Source: Octopus sinensis (Eukaryota). From it: DNA of 64,000 nt. A program made the translations under genes and the position numbers. The stretch lies in NCBI RefSeq assembly GCF_006345805.1, contig NC_043004.1, positions 87,420,001 through 87,484,000 of the forward strand, read 5' to 3'. Shown here one piece after another: positions 1-11,188 of this stretch (the first letter of the stretch is position 1; each line of letters starts with the position of its first letter). Below the pieces are notes generated by a model. It had not been told where the DNA came from and made no database searches. It saw only the letters and a list, made by a program, of their open reading frames with translations.

Positions 1-260
1 TTGCTCAAGAACACAACACACACCCAAGTCCGGGAATTGAACTTGAGCCTGACGCTCTAACCACTGAACCACATATAATTAATCAGCATTATGGTTTTGA
101 ATTAATTCACAAGCAAAATTAAACAGCATTATGAAATTATTAGTGTTTAAAGGATAAATAGTTATATATCATCTGATTGCAATCACAAAAACAGCAAAAT
201 AATGATTGGTACTGAGAAGCAAAAAACAGCAGCTAAAGATAATGTAGAACAAAAAATGAG

Positions 261-538
261 TGGCCGATGCCAGCGCCGCCTTGGCTGGCTTCCGTGGCAC
301 GTTAAAAGCACCAACCGATCGTGGCCGATGCCAGACCCCTCCCCTGGCACCTGTGCAGGTGGCACGTAAAAAGCACCCACTACACTTGCGGAGTGGTTGG
401 CGTTAGGAAGGGCATCCAGCTGTAGAAACACTGCCAGATCAGACTGGAGCCTGGTGCAGCCCTGGCTTCCCAGACTCCGGTCGAACCGTCCAACCCATGC
501 TAGCGCGGAAAACAGACGTTAAACGATGATGATGATGA
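261..538 (+). mobile_element. SINE-like family A, ending in a (GAT)n tail of RTE type
   Basis: Core ggcgttaggaagggcatccagctgtagaaac...aacccatgctagc...gacgttaaacgatgatgat recurs at about 3450-3593(+), 3966-4141(-), 13870-14060(-), 14640-14835(+), 15819-16098(+), 16794-17315(-), 43580-43727(+), 47040-47240(+), 54430-54607(+), 55681-55948(-), 59995-60200(-) and 62291-62590(-). Confidence 0.85.
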
Positions 539-1835
539 AGTATTAAATAACTTTGTCGAAAGTTTTAGCTGTTATGTCCAAATCAAAAAAATCTACTGTT
601 TTGATAATAGGTTTAACTAATATAAATGGAAGTGTATATTTTGATTCTGATATTAGAAACTGAAAAACAAACAAGTCAGTAATGAAGATCTTCTGAAGGT
701 TTTTAATTTTGTATTCCTGGGAATATGAGGCTGATAAATATATATCTCCATTTATAAAAAAAACAAAAGATCTTGAGTAAGTTGAGAAAGAAAATATTTT
801 GAAAGATCAATCATAAATATCAGGCAGTGACAACGGAAAACACACTTGCCTTTTGTACGTGCCACTATTTGAGCGATTAAAAATAAGGGAGAAAGAGGAT
901 TTCTTGGTTAAATTTAGTACTTATTTTGGGAATTTTTCAATGATTGACCATGCAAACGAAAGCTCTAAACACAGGCTACATGCAGCTGTAAATTTCTTTT
1001 AGAAAAAATGAAAACTGCAAACAATAAAAAATAAAAGGCAAAAATACATAAAAATGAGAAACTGCCCCTTAAACCGTTCCCATCGAGACGAATAACCAAG
1101 AAATCAAACAACTTTTTCGCATTTCAGCTTTATAGATATTGATTACTGTCATTAATATGTAGGGGTTGATGACGATAATATATTAAGATTAGCGGGAATA
1201 TTTAAACTTTTGCAGCTGTCAACGCTTTCTCTCTATAGATACAGACAGATGTACAGTGAGAGAGGTGGTGGGAGAAAGAGTAACAGACGAAGCTGTCAAA
1301 CATTGTTATAGAGAGAAATGGAGGGAAGGAAGGAAAGAAAGAGAGATGGAGGAAGACAGGGTGATATGCGAAAGAGAGAAACGACAAACACTTGTCAAAG
1401 TGTGGGTTTTGTTGCCCTAGTAACCACAGCTTTTGAGATAGGGGCTTCTAACCTAGTCCACTCATTTACTTGTCTCTTTTTACATGTCCCTGTAAATTTT
1501 GGAGCCAATCTGACCCCATCTACTGGCCCTTAAACTGTTCCAATCCCAAAATGAGACAAACAAATATTTCGTATTTCAGCTTTATAGATATTGATATTTG
1601 CATAATCTTAGCAAATCTTGGTATTTATTCGTCAAGCAGGTTGACTAAACAGGTTATTAAACCAAGCTTTTATTAGTGTTGTTGCTGTGGTTAGCCCCTG
1701 TCAGCCCTGATAGAGTAAGCCTATGATCAAAGATGTTCCATCCATAACTGCCCTATCTTTTTATATATTCAGGACTACATTGTCTTGTGTGTTCATTCTT
1801 TGTTTATTAGTTTTGTTCTTTTCATTCTATTGCAG

Positions 1836-1873
1836 GCTGCTAACCTTATGTCAAATCCTCAAATGCAGTCCAT
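1836..1873 (+). CDS. SGTA: SGT (small glutamine-rich TPR co-chaperone, SGTA/SGTB family) internal exon, AANLMSNPQMQS(M)
   Basis: ttctattgcag| acceptor and |gtaagt donor; 38 nt, phase 0 to 2. Peptide resembles human SGTA/SGTB ASNLMNNPQIQQL / AASLMQNPQVQQL (from memory). Invertebrates probably have a single co-ortholog of SGTA and SGTB. Confidence 0.9.
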
Positions 1874-3025
1874 GTAAGTTCTTTTATTGTTTAGATTTAC
1901 AACAAAACTACTTTTTTGTAACAAAAATTAAATACACCCATTTTTAGATTAATACTAACTTGCCTGCACTTGCCTCTGGTTTTTATGATATAAAATTGCT
2001 GTTTTTAAGTGTTTATAATTTAAATCCTCCCATCCTGTAAGAACCTATGTTCCACATCCGTGCTTCATGATTAAAAATTCAGTTACATTTAAAAAAAATT
2101 CTTTCCAAGTTTTTATTATACAAAAAATTATGTGCAGGCATTGCTATAGTTAAGAAGTATGATTCACAACCATGTGGTTTTAGATTTGCTAACATAGTAT
2201 GGCATCTTGGGCAAGTGGTTTCTATAACATCAGATTGAAGCAACATGAAACTAGGACCTTACTAAGGACACTTGCTGCCCAATCCCAGAATCAAACCCAC
2301 AGCCTTATGAACATGAGCACAACTCTTAAATGTAACTTCATGTATTTTGGGTCAGAATAAAACCCCAAACCTTCTTGAAGTTGTATCCTGTATAGCCAAT
2401 ATGGTGTTGTTATGAAGTATAGTGGTGTCATTTATAAGAAGTGGGATTGTGGTGAGACTCTTCTTGGAGGAAACAAATGTTGCCTGGTTTCTTAGTGAAG
2501 GAGATCCTGATACTGTGGAGAAGCAGAAACATCTTAAATCTTTTAGTGGACAGTGTTTGAGATGTAAAAACAAAAAAACGTGGATAATTGTGCCATTAAT
2601 AAGTGAATAGAAGTGAACAATGTAGGAAGGAAGTTATGGCACATATAAATAATCAAGTCAGACTTGTGTAAAGAATGGCTATTCAATATAGTGTAGTAAG
2701 AAGCTGTCATAATAAAAGGAAAAGATCATGGGTCTGATAATTTGATGATTGGTCAGACATGTGGAGATAGACACAAATGAAATGTTTGAATTCGCAGATT
2801 TTATTTATTCGGTCAGTCCTATCTGAAAATTATTGCTATTTCTGGCTGTAGCAAATTTGTCCTTATGTTGTGGGGTATACTGTCTTAGGATTTAATGGTT
2901 CCCATTCTAAATCTGGTTGGATCATTTGGTTGTTATGTGAAACGTATTGTAACTGGTTTGTCTGTTTTCATGTTTGATAGATCTTCATTGAATATCTTGT
3001 AATAAAATATTTTTCTTATATCTAG

Positions 3026-3094
3026 GATGTCCAATCTTATGTCCTCAGCAGCTGGTGAAGGAAGCAATGGAGGCCTTACCTCTTTATTACAAGC
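3026..3094 (+). CDS. SGTA: SGT exon, (M)MSNLMSSAAGEGSNGGLTSLLQ(A)
   Basis: ttttcttatatctag| acceptor and |gtaagt donor; 69 nt, phase 2 to 2, in frame with both neighbours. Ends in LTSLLQA, like the SGT motif LASLIQA. Confidence 0.92.
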
Positions 3095-4444
3095 GTAAGT
3101 ATTTTTATTTGTATTTCCTATTTACAAAGTAGTCAACTGATATTCACTGCATCCAACTTAGTTCCCATCTGTCAACTATTTTTAGCTTCTCACTTGCCCT
3201 TTTTATTCCTCTATCCCTATTCTCTCTTTCATACTCACCTTGCACCTGGACCTTGCACCTCTCTCTCTCTTTCCAGATGAGAAAGTCATTAACTCACCAC
3301 TTTAGCAAGACACCTACTTCTGTCTCTATCATACTTTCATATCCTTAAATGCTATATCCTACTTAGTTGAAAGGGTCTTGTCTTACACTGGTGAGGTTAC
3401 CAGGTACATGTATGAATGATGGAAAAAAAGGTCCCAGTACACACTGAAGTGGCTGGCTTTAGGTAAGGTATCCAACTGTAGAAACCATACCAAAGCAAAC
3501 ATTGGAACTTGGCACAATCTTCTGGCTTGTCAGTTTATGTTGAACTGTCCAACCCATGCCAGAATGGGGGGAAAAAGTCATTAAATGATGATGTGCCCTG
3601 GCATACTTATTCTGGCTCTCTGCACTCTGAGTTCAAATCCTGCTGAGGTCAACTTTGCTTTTTATTCTTTCAGGGTCAGTAAAGCCTTAGTCCAGGGTGT
3701 TGTATTATCAGACAGCATTACATCTAACTCTTATCTGTTTCGGCTCTGTGTTATGAGGGTACTGGTGCCAATTTGTATCTGCCCTTGCCATTCCCTTGGG
3801 TAATACAGGTGGCAGACTGAGAGGAGGCTTGTACGTACGGGCAAACTGCAGGTCTTCCATTAGAAAAAGAAGCCTATGCTTACATCTTGGAAAGCAACTT
3901 TACAGTTGCAATTCCATGGTCTCCTGAGATATAACAGCTCCAATGTATTTACAATAGATTTCTTTATCGTCGTCGTCATCGTTTAGCGTCCGCTTTCCAT
4001 GCTGGCATGGGTTGGATGGTGCAACTGGGGTTTGGGAAGCCAGAAGGCTGCACCAGGCCCAGTCTGATCTGGCAGTGTTTCTACAGCTGGATGCCCTTCC
4101 TAACGCCAACCACTCCGTGAGTGTAGTGGGTGCTTTTTACGTTTGGTTAAAAAGAAAAGAAAGCCTTAAATAATCTCTTGATTAGATGTATGCTTGATAT
4201 ATAATTACTGACACTAATTTTAGCCAGTCAGACCAGTTTTGTACTTGGAAAACACGGTAGTGGGTGATGGGATTAAAAAGACAATTAGAAGACAGAAATC
4301 AGTTCCTGTAATTGGAACAAGTATGTTAATTCATCTTTTGGGAGATAAATGAAATAAATAGCTTTAACAATCTTGTGTGAATATAAAATGTGCCAGATGT
4401 ATTATAAATAGATGTTTAAGGCTATGCAACTATACTCTTTAACT

Positions 4445-4839
4445 CTTTTCTGTCATTTGACTGCGGCCATGCTGGAGCACCGCCTTTAGTCGAGCAAATC
4501 GACCCCGGGACTTATTCTTTGTAAGCCCAGTACTTATTCTATCGGTCTTTTTTGCCGAACCGCTAAGTGACAGGGACGTAAACACACCAGCATCGGTTGT
4601 CAAGCAATGCTAGGGGGACAAACACAGACACACAAACATATACACACACACACTTATATATATACACATATATACGACAGGCTTCTTTCAGTTTCCGTCT
4701 ACCAAATCCACTCACAAGGCATTGGTCGGCCCAGGGCTATAGCAGAAGACACTTGCCCAACATGCCACGCAGTGGGACTGAACCCGGAACCATGTGGTTG
4801 GTTAGCAAGCTACTTACCACACAGCCACTCCTGCGCCTA
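4445..4839 (-). mobile_element. tRNA-derived SINE family B, near full length
   Basis: Reverse complement closely matches 12941-13318. Confidence 0.85.
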
Positions 4840-5170
4840 TATTGCTTTTTTTTATTTATTATCTCCTTATCAATCGCTTTTCAAGTTTATCCATCTATTT
4901 AAACTGTAGTAATTTTTCTGTGTGTGTGTGATTGACAGGATTTCAATGTATGAGAGTATGGATGTCCGTATTTGGAGTCCATTGACTACAAAGCTTTTGT
5001 CATGTTTTATCATTCCCCTGCCAATGCTTGTTAAATTCAATCACTTTTTGTGTGTGTGTGTGTGTGTGTGTGTATATACATATATTCTGAATGACAAATT
5101 TAGAAGCAACACAGCTATAGCCAATGTTTAATATTCCATGTTTAAAAAACAAAAAAAGGTTTGCTATTTA

Positions 5171-6434
5171 TTAACCCTTTCGTTACTGACCCGGCCGAAA
5201 AATTTTTTGGTGCACAATGCCAACCCGGCCGAGAGAACCTATTGTTATTTAAATGTAAATTTGAACCCAAATCTCGTTGGTACATTTGTTAAAACATGTG
5301 ATTTCACTTTGTAAATAGTTGGCTTATAGTATCTGACATTGCTTGAAGTGATATCTCAACTCAGTGAATTTTGGGAGATTTTTTTCCACATTTTTTTCGG
5401 CATCGATTTTTCTTCAACTTTGAAAATGGATAGGAGTTTCATGTTATCAAGCATTGATGCCGAATTTAAAGCTTTTTCTACGGAAAATAGGGAGATATCG
5501 AGAAAAAGAATGAATGAGGTCTTAAAGCACGTGGTGTACAATAAAGAATAGGATATTTTTTTATCCGTTAACCGAAAGCAGCGATTCCGAAGAAACAAAG
5601 TGGCGATGGCGACAGCAAAGACGATTTTACATCAGAATGAAGTAAAAAAATTTGAAAATGTTTTTATTAGCAATTTTTCTGAGAAGATAGTTTATCTCTA
5701 GTCTTTCTTAAGAAGCGAAACCATTAGGCTTTTATTTTTTTCAGTATGCTAGTTTGAAGCGATCAATGTGGAAACAAATTTACGCAGATTGTAAAGAAAC
5801 ACAAAATGGGGGATGAAAGTTTGGAAAATTTGTGAAGCAAATACTGGGTACTGTTGTGGATTTAGTTTTTAAACAGGGAAACTAATGTTAGTCAGCATGG
5901 CCTAGGGAACGATGTGGTCTGGAATTTATCACTTCCATACCATAACCAGGACCGTTTATTATTTTTTGACCGATTTCTTTAGTTCGGTCAAACTTGCGGT
6001 GGATTCCAGTAATTCACTTTATTCCACCTTTATGGTACACCTGTTGTGCATTAAATACAACTGATGATATAGTGATGTGCACAATTCTTCTTTATCAAAA
6101 TTTTGTTGCATACCCATTTGAATATTAGCTGATGATTCATTTTCTATGGTGATGTTTAAACAAAATTTTTATATTTTTACCTTTTGCTCAATTTAAAATT
6201 TTAATATTTTTACCTTTTGCTCAATTTACCTGGATTTACCTGTAATTAAAGTCACTTTGAGACAAAAGTTATGCAATAGAATTGATTAAGAACTCTTTCT
6301 TTAATTATGTTCCAAATATCACATTAATATGTTAAGTAAAAAAGTTAGTTATTTAAAGTCATGATTATTTTAGAATTTAATTGAAACTCATGAGGGGTGT
6401 ATTTTGGTCAGAAATATAGTAACGAAAGGGTTAA
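5171..6434 (+). mobile_element. Internally deleted piggyBac DNA transposon in an SGT intron
   Basis: TTAA target duplication at both ends; perfect 13-bp TIRs CCCTTTCGTTACT (5175-5187) and AGTAACGAAAGGG (6418-6430). Decayed transposase at about 5800-6000 (KWG-MKVWKICEANTGYCCGF, GLGNDVVWNLSLPYHNQDRLLFFDRF) resembles the piggyBac/PGBD core. Confidence 0.9.
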
Positions 6435-6653
6435 TATGAATGCAAAATGTTATGTTTTACAATGTATAAAGCTATATTTAGTACTTCGGTTGGTGCCCAG
6501 TGTTTCTGCTGGAAGCATTTATGAACATTTAAATCTGTTATTGATATTAATGAATGAATGAATGACCATAGACTCTTAATGGTGTCTACAGAAAATACCT
6601 TTTGAGTGCATCACCTTTTAAACTCATCTTTTTGCATTGGACTTTTTTTTCAG

Positions 6654-6757
6654 AGGGCAACAGCTTGCCACACAGATGCAGCAACAGAACCCAGACTTAG
6701 TTGCACAGCTCCGCAGACAAGCTAACATTTTGAATGGAGAACAACAGACTAACTCTG
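6654..6757 (+). CDS. SGTA: SGT exon with the Q-rich C-terminal motif, GQQLATQMQQQNPDLVAQLRRQANILNGEQQTNS
   Basis: ttttttttcag| acceptor and |gtttgt donor; 104 nt. Matches the diagnostic SGT motif AGQQFAQQMQQQNPELIEQLR. Confidence 0.95.
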
Positions 6758-7206
6758 GTTTGTATTTCATTAATGTAAATTCCTTTGTAAATGATTAAAA
6801 ATTATGATTTAGAAAGATGGAAAAAAAAAATCGGAATTTATTATCAGACGTAATAATCAAGGGAGACAACTGCATTTGAATTAGGATTTATAACCAGTTG
6901 GAAGGGACATAAGTATTAATAGTATTTGTCAGAATTTTAATTTGATGGCATATAAACTGCCCCCTATCCCTCGAAAAATCTCGAACGATCATTCCAGGTC
7001 CCCCTGTATGCGAAGTTTGGCTTCTCATAACTTTTAATGCACTAAAAAAAATCTTTCCCAATATTTGTTCCTGAATGTAATATGCTTGTCTTTTATGCCA
7101 TCAAGTATTGCTGTGTGGAAATGTGACTTTAAATTTAGACTTATTGATATGAAAGTATTAACAAAGATTGAATTGATCTGGATATCTTTTTTTCTTTTTA
7201 TTGCAG

Positions 7207-7229
7207 AAGAAACTGATAACAAAGAGTGA
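7207..7229 (+). CDS. SGTA: SGT terminal coding exon, (E)ETDNKE*
   Basis: Strong polypyrimidine acceptor tttttttctttttattgcag|; phase 1 fits the previous exon. Short acidic tail, TGA at 7227-7229, AATAAA at 7387, 7419 and 8208. Confidence 0.8.
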
Positions 7230-8199
7230 CATTCCAAGTGTAAAGAACACTGATGCTATGATGGTGTGTTGTCCATGTAAGACTGGATGTGCACTGTTCA
7301 AATTGGCTACTACAAACCAAGCAGAAAGCCTATATATATGTATTTATATATATATATATAGCATTATAATAGAGGGACTTATAACGAATAAATCTTTATA
7401 TAAATAGGACTTATAATGAATAAATCTTTATAAAGAAGTAATGGCCAAATCTGTACAGAATTTTGTAGCAAATATTTCCTGTATTTCCATAGGAATGTTG
7501 TTATTCTATGCAATATCTCTATTGGTTGTACCTACAATGTACCATTGTCGTAATATCAACAGTATGACTGATCATATGCTAGACATTCATCAATCAAGAG
7601 AATTATAACTAACAAGCAAAAACTAGCTGGTGTGGAAGTGCAATGTGTTTTCTTTCTTCCTCTACAGTAATTTGGCTGTGACCAAGCTGCAATTTGTAAG
7701 AAATTTTAGCTGGCCCCTTTCATTTTTTTTTCATTGTTCTAGCCATTTGCTGTAAGTCCTTTTAATATCCTTCCCATCTACTTTTGATGTTTCATGTCAG
7801 TCATTGCACAAATTCACATTAGCATATGAACTTTTCCTCATCAAAACAGGATCCATCTGCTTTTTTTAGATAACATTGCTGCCTCCATCCACTTCATGAT
7901 GTGATAAACTTTATTTTTATTCTTCCTAGACCTATTCTCTGTAGACATATCAGCCAAAGAACGGTTTTTGTCACCATCATGAATGTGGCTGTTTGTAGAC
8001 CTGCTCTCTGTAGATGTACCAGCCTGAGAAAGGTCCTAGCTAATCTTTCATCAGTTTTGAAAAGTATTTTGTTTATATTTACTGCCCTCCCCCTTCACTA
8101 CTCACACATACACACATAAATCCAAGCATTTTTAGTGAATTTAAAAAAAAAAATTAACCCACAAAACTGAAGTTCTTGGCATTTCTTTGTTGAAATTTC

Positions 8200-8213
8200 T
8201 TTATTATAATAAA
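8200..8213. terminator. Palindromic pair of polyadenylation signals (TTTATTATAATAAA) between the convergent genes
   Basis: Perfect 14-bp palindrome with AATAAA at 8208-8213 on + and at 8205-8200 on -. Whether either signal is used is not demonstrated. Confidence 0.45.
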
Positions 8214-8308
8214 TAACACAGATGTAACGAATCTAATTAAATTGTTTTATTTCAATAGTGCTACAATTTATTGGAGCAGAAATATTTAAATAATTTTCAT
8301 TATGACCG

Positions 8309-8395
8309 TCATTCACAAACAAACACTTGAGCAATTTCATCATGTTCATATGTGCGCTTGAGGAAATTGTCAGTCAGTCGAAGGCCAGAAATTGT
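8309..8395 (-). CDS. TRAPPC13: TRAPPC13 terminal coding exon, [28 protein letters not shown]
   Basis: ttttgcttttag| acceptor on -; 87 nt including TGA. Matches the human TRAPPC13 C-terminus [26 protein letters not shown] (from memory). Confidence 0.95.
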   Translation of the reverse strand, partial: [28 protein letters not shown]

Positions 8396-8492
8396 CTAAA
8401 AGCAAAATGAAGAAAACATCATTATTAGAAAAGTAATTGCATGTCAGCATATATGAATTATAATAATTACAATAATTGGAATGTTAACAAAC

Positions 8493-8646
8493 CTGTAGAC
8501 CAGGAGATGTTGCTATGACAGTAAGTGGAAGGTCTAAGCTGTTGTTTTGTGGTAATTTTCCTAGCTGTTTACCAGACACTCCACACCAAAGAACTCCAGG
8601 TGAGTTATGGTTTTGTAAAATTAGAGCAAGATCCACTGTGCGTTCA
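8493..8646 (-). CDS. TRAPPC13: TRAPPC13 exon, (C)ERTVDLALILQNHNSPGVLWCGVSGKQLGKLPQNNSLDLPLTVIATSPGLQ
   Basis: ctttgtttcag| acceptor and |gtttgt donor; 154 nt, phase 2 to 0. Matches ERTMDLVL...HWCGISGRQLGKL...GLQ. Confidence 0.95.
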
Positions 8647-9005
8647 CTGAAACAAAGATTTTTCTCCTTTTAAGACTTATTGACATTTATTAAAGTAAGA
8701 TTGTTTAAAATTAAAGAGTAAAATAGCTGTGTGAAGTGAATTAAAAAGTTTGTTTTTTATTTATCTCTAACTGAGGGAAAAAAATTTAGTGCAAGGATAA
8801 TTACGCAAGAGTTCCGTCTTTAATTTTATAAAGAATATAAAACAAAGGTACATAACTCTGCCTAACCCATTTTGCATGATTTAGCGCCGAGTTTCATTAC
8901 AACTTCATGGATGATACACTAGTTAAAGAAACAATTTTAAAACTACCCAGAAGCGTAGTATGAAAAGTAAATGCGACTTTAATTTGACTGGGTAGATGAA
9001 CTTAC

Positions 9006-9106
9006 CAGCAATTTGTTATTCGGAATGTTATAGTAAAAGTAGTTTCGATTGATACAGTATCCGGAATGGATTCCACAGTTAAACGGATATCTCCATAACC
9101 AGGAGC
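9006..9106 (-). CDS. TRAPPC13: TRAPPC13 exon, [33 protein letters not shown](C)
   Basis: ttcatttcag| acceptor and |gtaagt donor; 101 nt. Matches APGYGDVRLSLEAIPDTV...ITNC. Confidence 0.95.
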
Positions 9107-10163
9107 CTGAAATGAATTCGTAGAAATCTCAGTTATGGCAGACAAAATGAAATCTTTATAGAATAATTGACAAAATATTTCTATTTAATCTTGTTGCTTT
9201 ATATTTGATTTTTAAAACCTACCTTGAGTCAATTATCAACTTCCAATAGGTCAGAAATCAAACATAATGTGGCCTTGTATTAATATTAAATTATTGCAAA
9301 TACAATTGAAAATAAGTATACAATTAAACCTTTTGATACCAATCTAATCTGAAACCATCACTCATTCTATAATATATTCCTAGTTTTAAAGTGATCTAAC
9401 TAAACTGAAACCTTCCATTAAAATTTCAGGTTAAATTACATACTAAATGCCAGCATTATCAAAGGCAGTGTATTTCAACAAAAGGGGTTAAATGCCAGTT
9501 ACATTAAAAGGGGGTGGAGTTAATGAAAATATAGTTGTAAGGTTCTCTATTAACGTAAGGCTCTATGTAGGAATGAAATATGAGAGCTACGAGTATAATG
9601 CTTCTGTTATTGTGTGTTTACATTTGTGACAAGAACCTGAATTTTACAGACTGCAGTCAAGGAAGCTAATAACATTCTCTGTCTAAAACGGCATTTGACA
9701 CTGGTCTTTGGAAGTGCAGAGCGATTATTGTAAATGTAAACATCATATCACTGTTTCACTTGGTGAGAAGCAAAACATGGAATGTCAACAGTAATGTCCA
9801 TATGTACACACATACATACAATAGGCTTCCATACAGTTTCCATCTAATTCCACTCGAAGCATTGGTTGCTGATGATACTGTATAGCAGGACTGGACCCTA
9901 AACCATGCGTTTGCAAAGCAAACTTCGTAACCATCATCATCCCTGCTTGCTCTTTTTTATTTACAGTACAGATATTTATAAAATACTGAAGCTATATTTC
10001 GTAACAACAGTAGAACACAGATTTCAAGGCAATTTAATAACTTCATCTAAAACACGGAACTGTGAGCGACAAGAATGTTAGAATAGTTTATCATTTGAAA
10101 CATGTTGCAATTAAATCCTAAAGCAATGGTCAGATATATTCTATAAATAAAGATTCAACATAC

Positions 10164-10365
10164 CACTCTTTGCAGCTGACTGGTCTGTAGTCGGCCTCTC
10201 TCACCCATATTTGTGCGCCAGGTGATGTCCAGTTTGCCAATGTTAGTTACACCCTTTAAAACCTTACTTTCGAGATAGGCTTCTGGTTTCGGAGTTAAGC
10301 AGTACAAATATTGTCTAGTATCAAGGGAATTGAGGTAGTTGACTTTACCAAACACTGGATAAACC
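10164..10365 (-). CDS. TRAPPC13: TRAPPC13 exon, [67 protein letters not shown]
   Basis: Lies inside ORF 10155..10448; tttatttcccag| acceptor and |gtatgt donor; 202 nt. Matches DTRQYLYCL...[25 protein letters not shown]. Confidence 0.97.
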
Positions 10366-10474
10366 CTGGGAAATAAAGATACAAAAACAAGTTTAATAAG
10401 AGATTCAATGGTTTTTGAAGCATATAGAAATATGATTCTTAATGTCAATTCACCATTAGCTAGAAAATGACATT

Positions 10475-10562
10475 TACGAGGAGTGTATGAAAAGTCTTGA
10501 GCCTCAAAAAAACAAAACGTTACAAGACTTCAAGGCTCAAAACTTTTCATACACCCCTCGTA
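10475..10562. mobile_element. Miniature Tc1/mariner-type MITE (84 bp between TA target sites)
   Basis: TA|CGAGGAGTGTATGAAAAGTCTTGAGCCT ... AGGCTCAAAACTTTTCATACACCCCTCG|TA; about 28-bp TIRs with 2 mismatches. Confidence 0.8.
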
Positions 10563-10941
10563 TTGTTCAGGGTAGTTGACAGATACTGATCAAAGTGTCA
10601 ATCAAATACTTTATATTTCAATATAGATCCCTTGAAAATATACTGACTTAATAAATGTTACTTGAAACATGAGAATTTTCTGTCCACCAATTCCATTTAG
10701 GGCAGGGCTATAGTAGAAACTCAAGATACTGCTTGGGAAGAGACCTGCCTACACCTACATATCTTTTATTTGTTTCAGTCAGACTGTGGCCATGAAGAAT
10801 TTTTAGTCGAACGAATCGACACCGAAACTTTTTTCTTGTAAAGACTAGTACTCATGCTATTGGTCTCTTGCTGAACTGCTAAGTTACAGAGACATAAACA
10901 CGTCAACACCAGTTGTGAAATGGTGGTGGGGGACAAACACA

Positions 10942-11188
10942 ATGGGCGTAGAAGAGTCCAGTTTGCTGGACATTGTTGTAGAGCTGAAAATGAGGTAATT
11001 TCTGCTCTTCTCCTCTGGAAGCCATCTACTCGCGATACCAGAGGGTGCACACTCTCCTACCTTGATGTAATCTTTAGGGGTACAGGCATCCAGCAACAGG
11101 ACCTCCGTAATGCTATGATGGACCGTGAAGTCTGGCATAGCATAGTAAATTCCATTGTCTCGACCACGGTCGAACAATGATGATGGGC
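10942..11188 (+). mobile_element. 5'-truncated 3' end of an RTE/RTE-X LINE inserted into a SINE
   Basis: ORF 10920..11180 reads RRVQFAGHCCR...LLLWKP...LRNAMMDREVW, typical of the RTE-clade ORF C-terminus. It has a (TGA)n tail, and ATGGGC is duplicated at 10942-10947 and 11183-11188. Confidence 0.75.
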
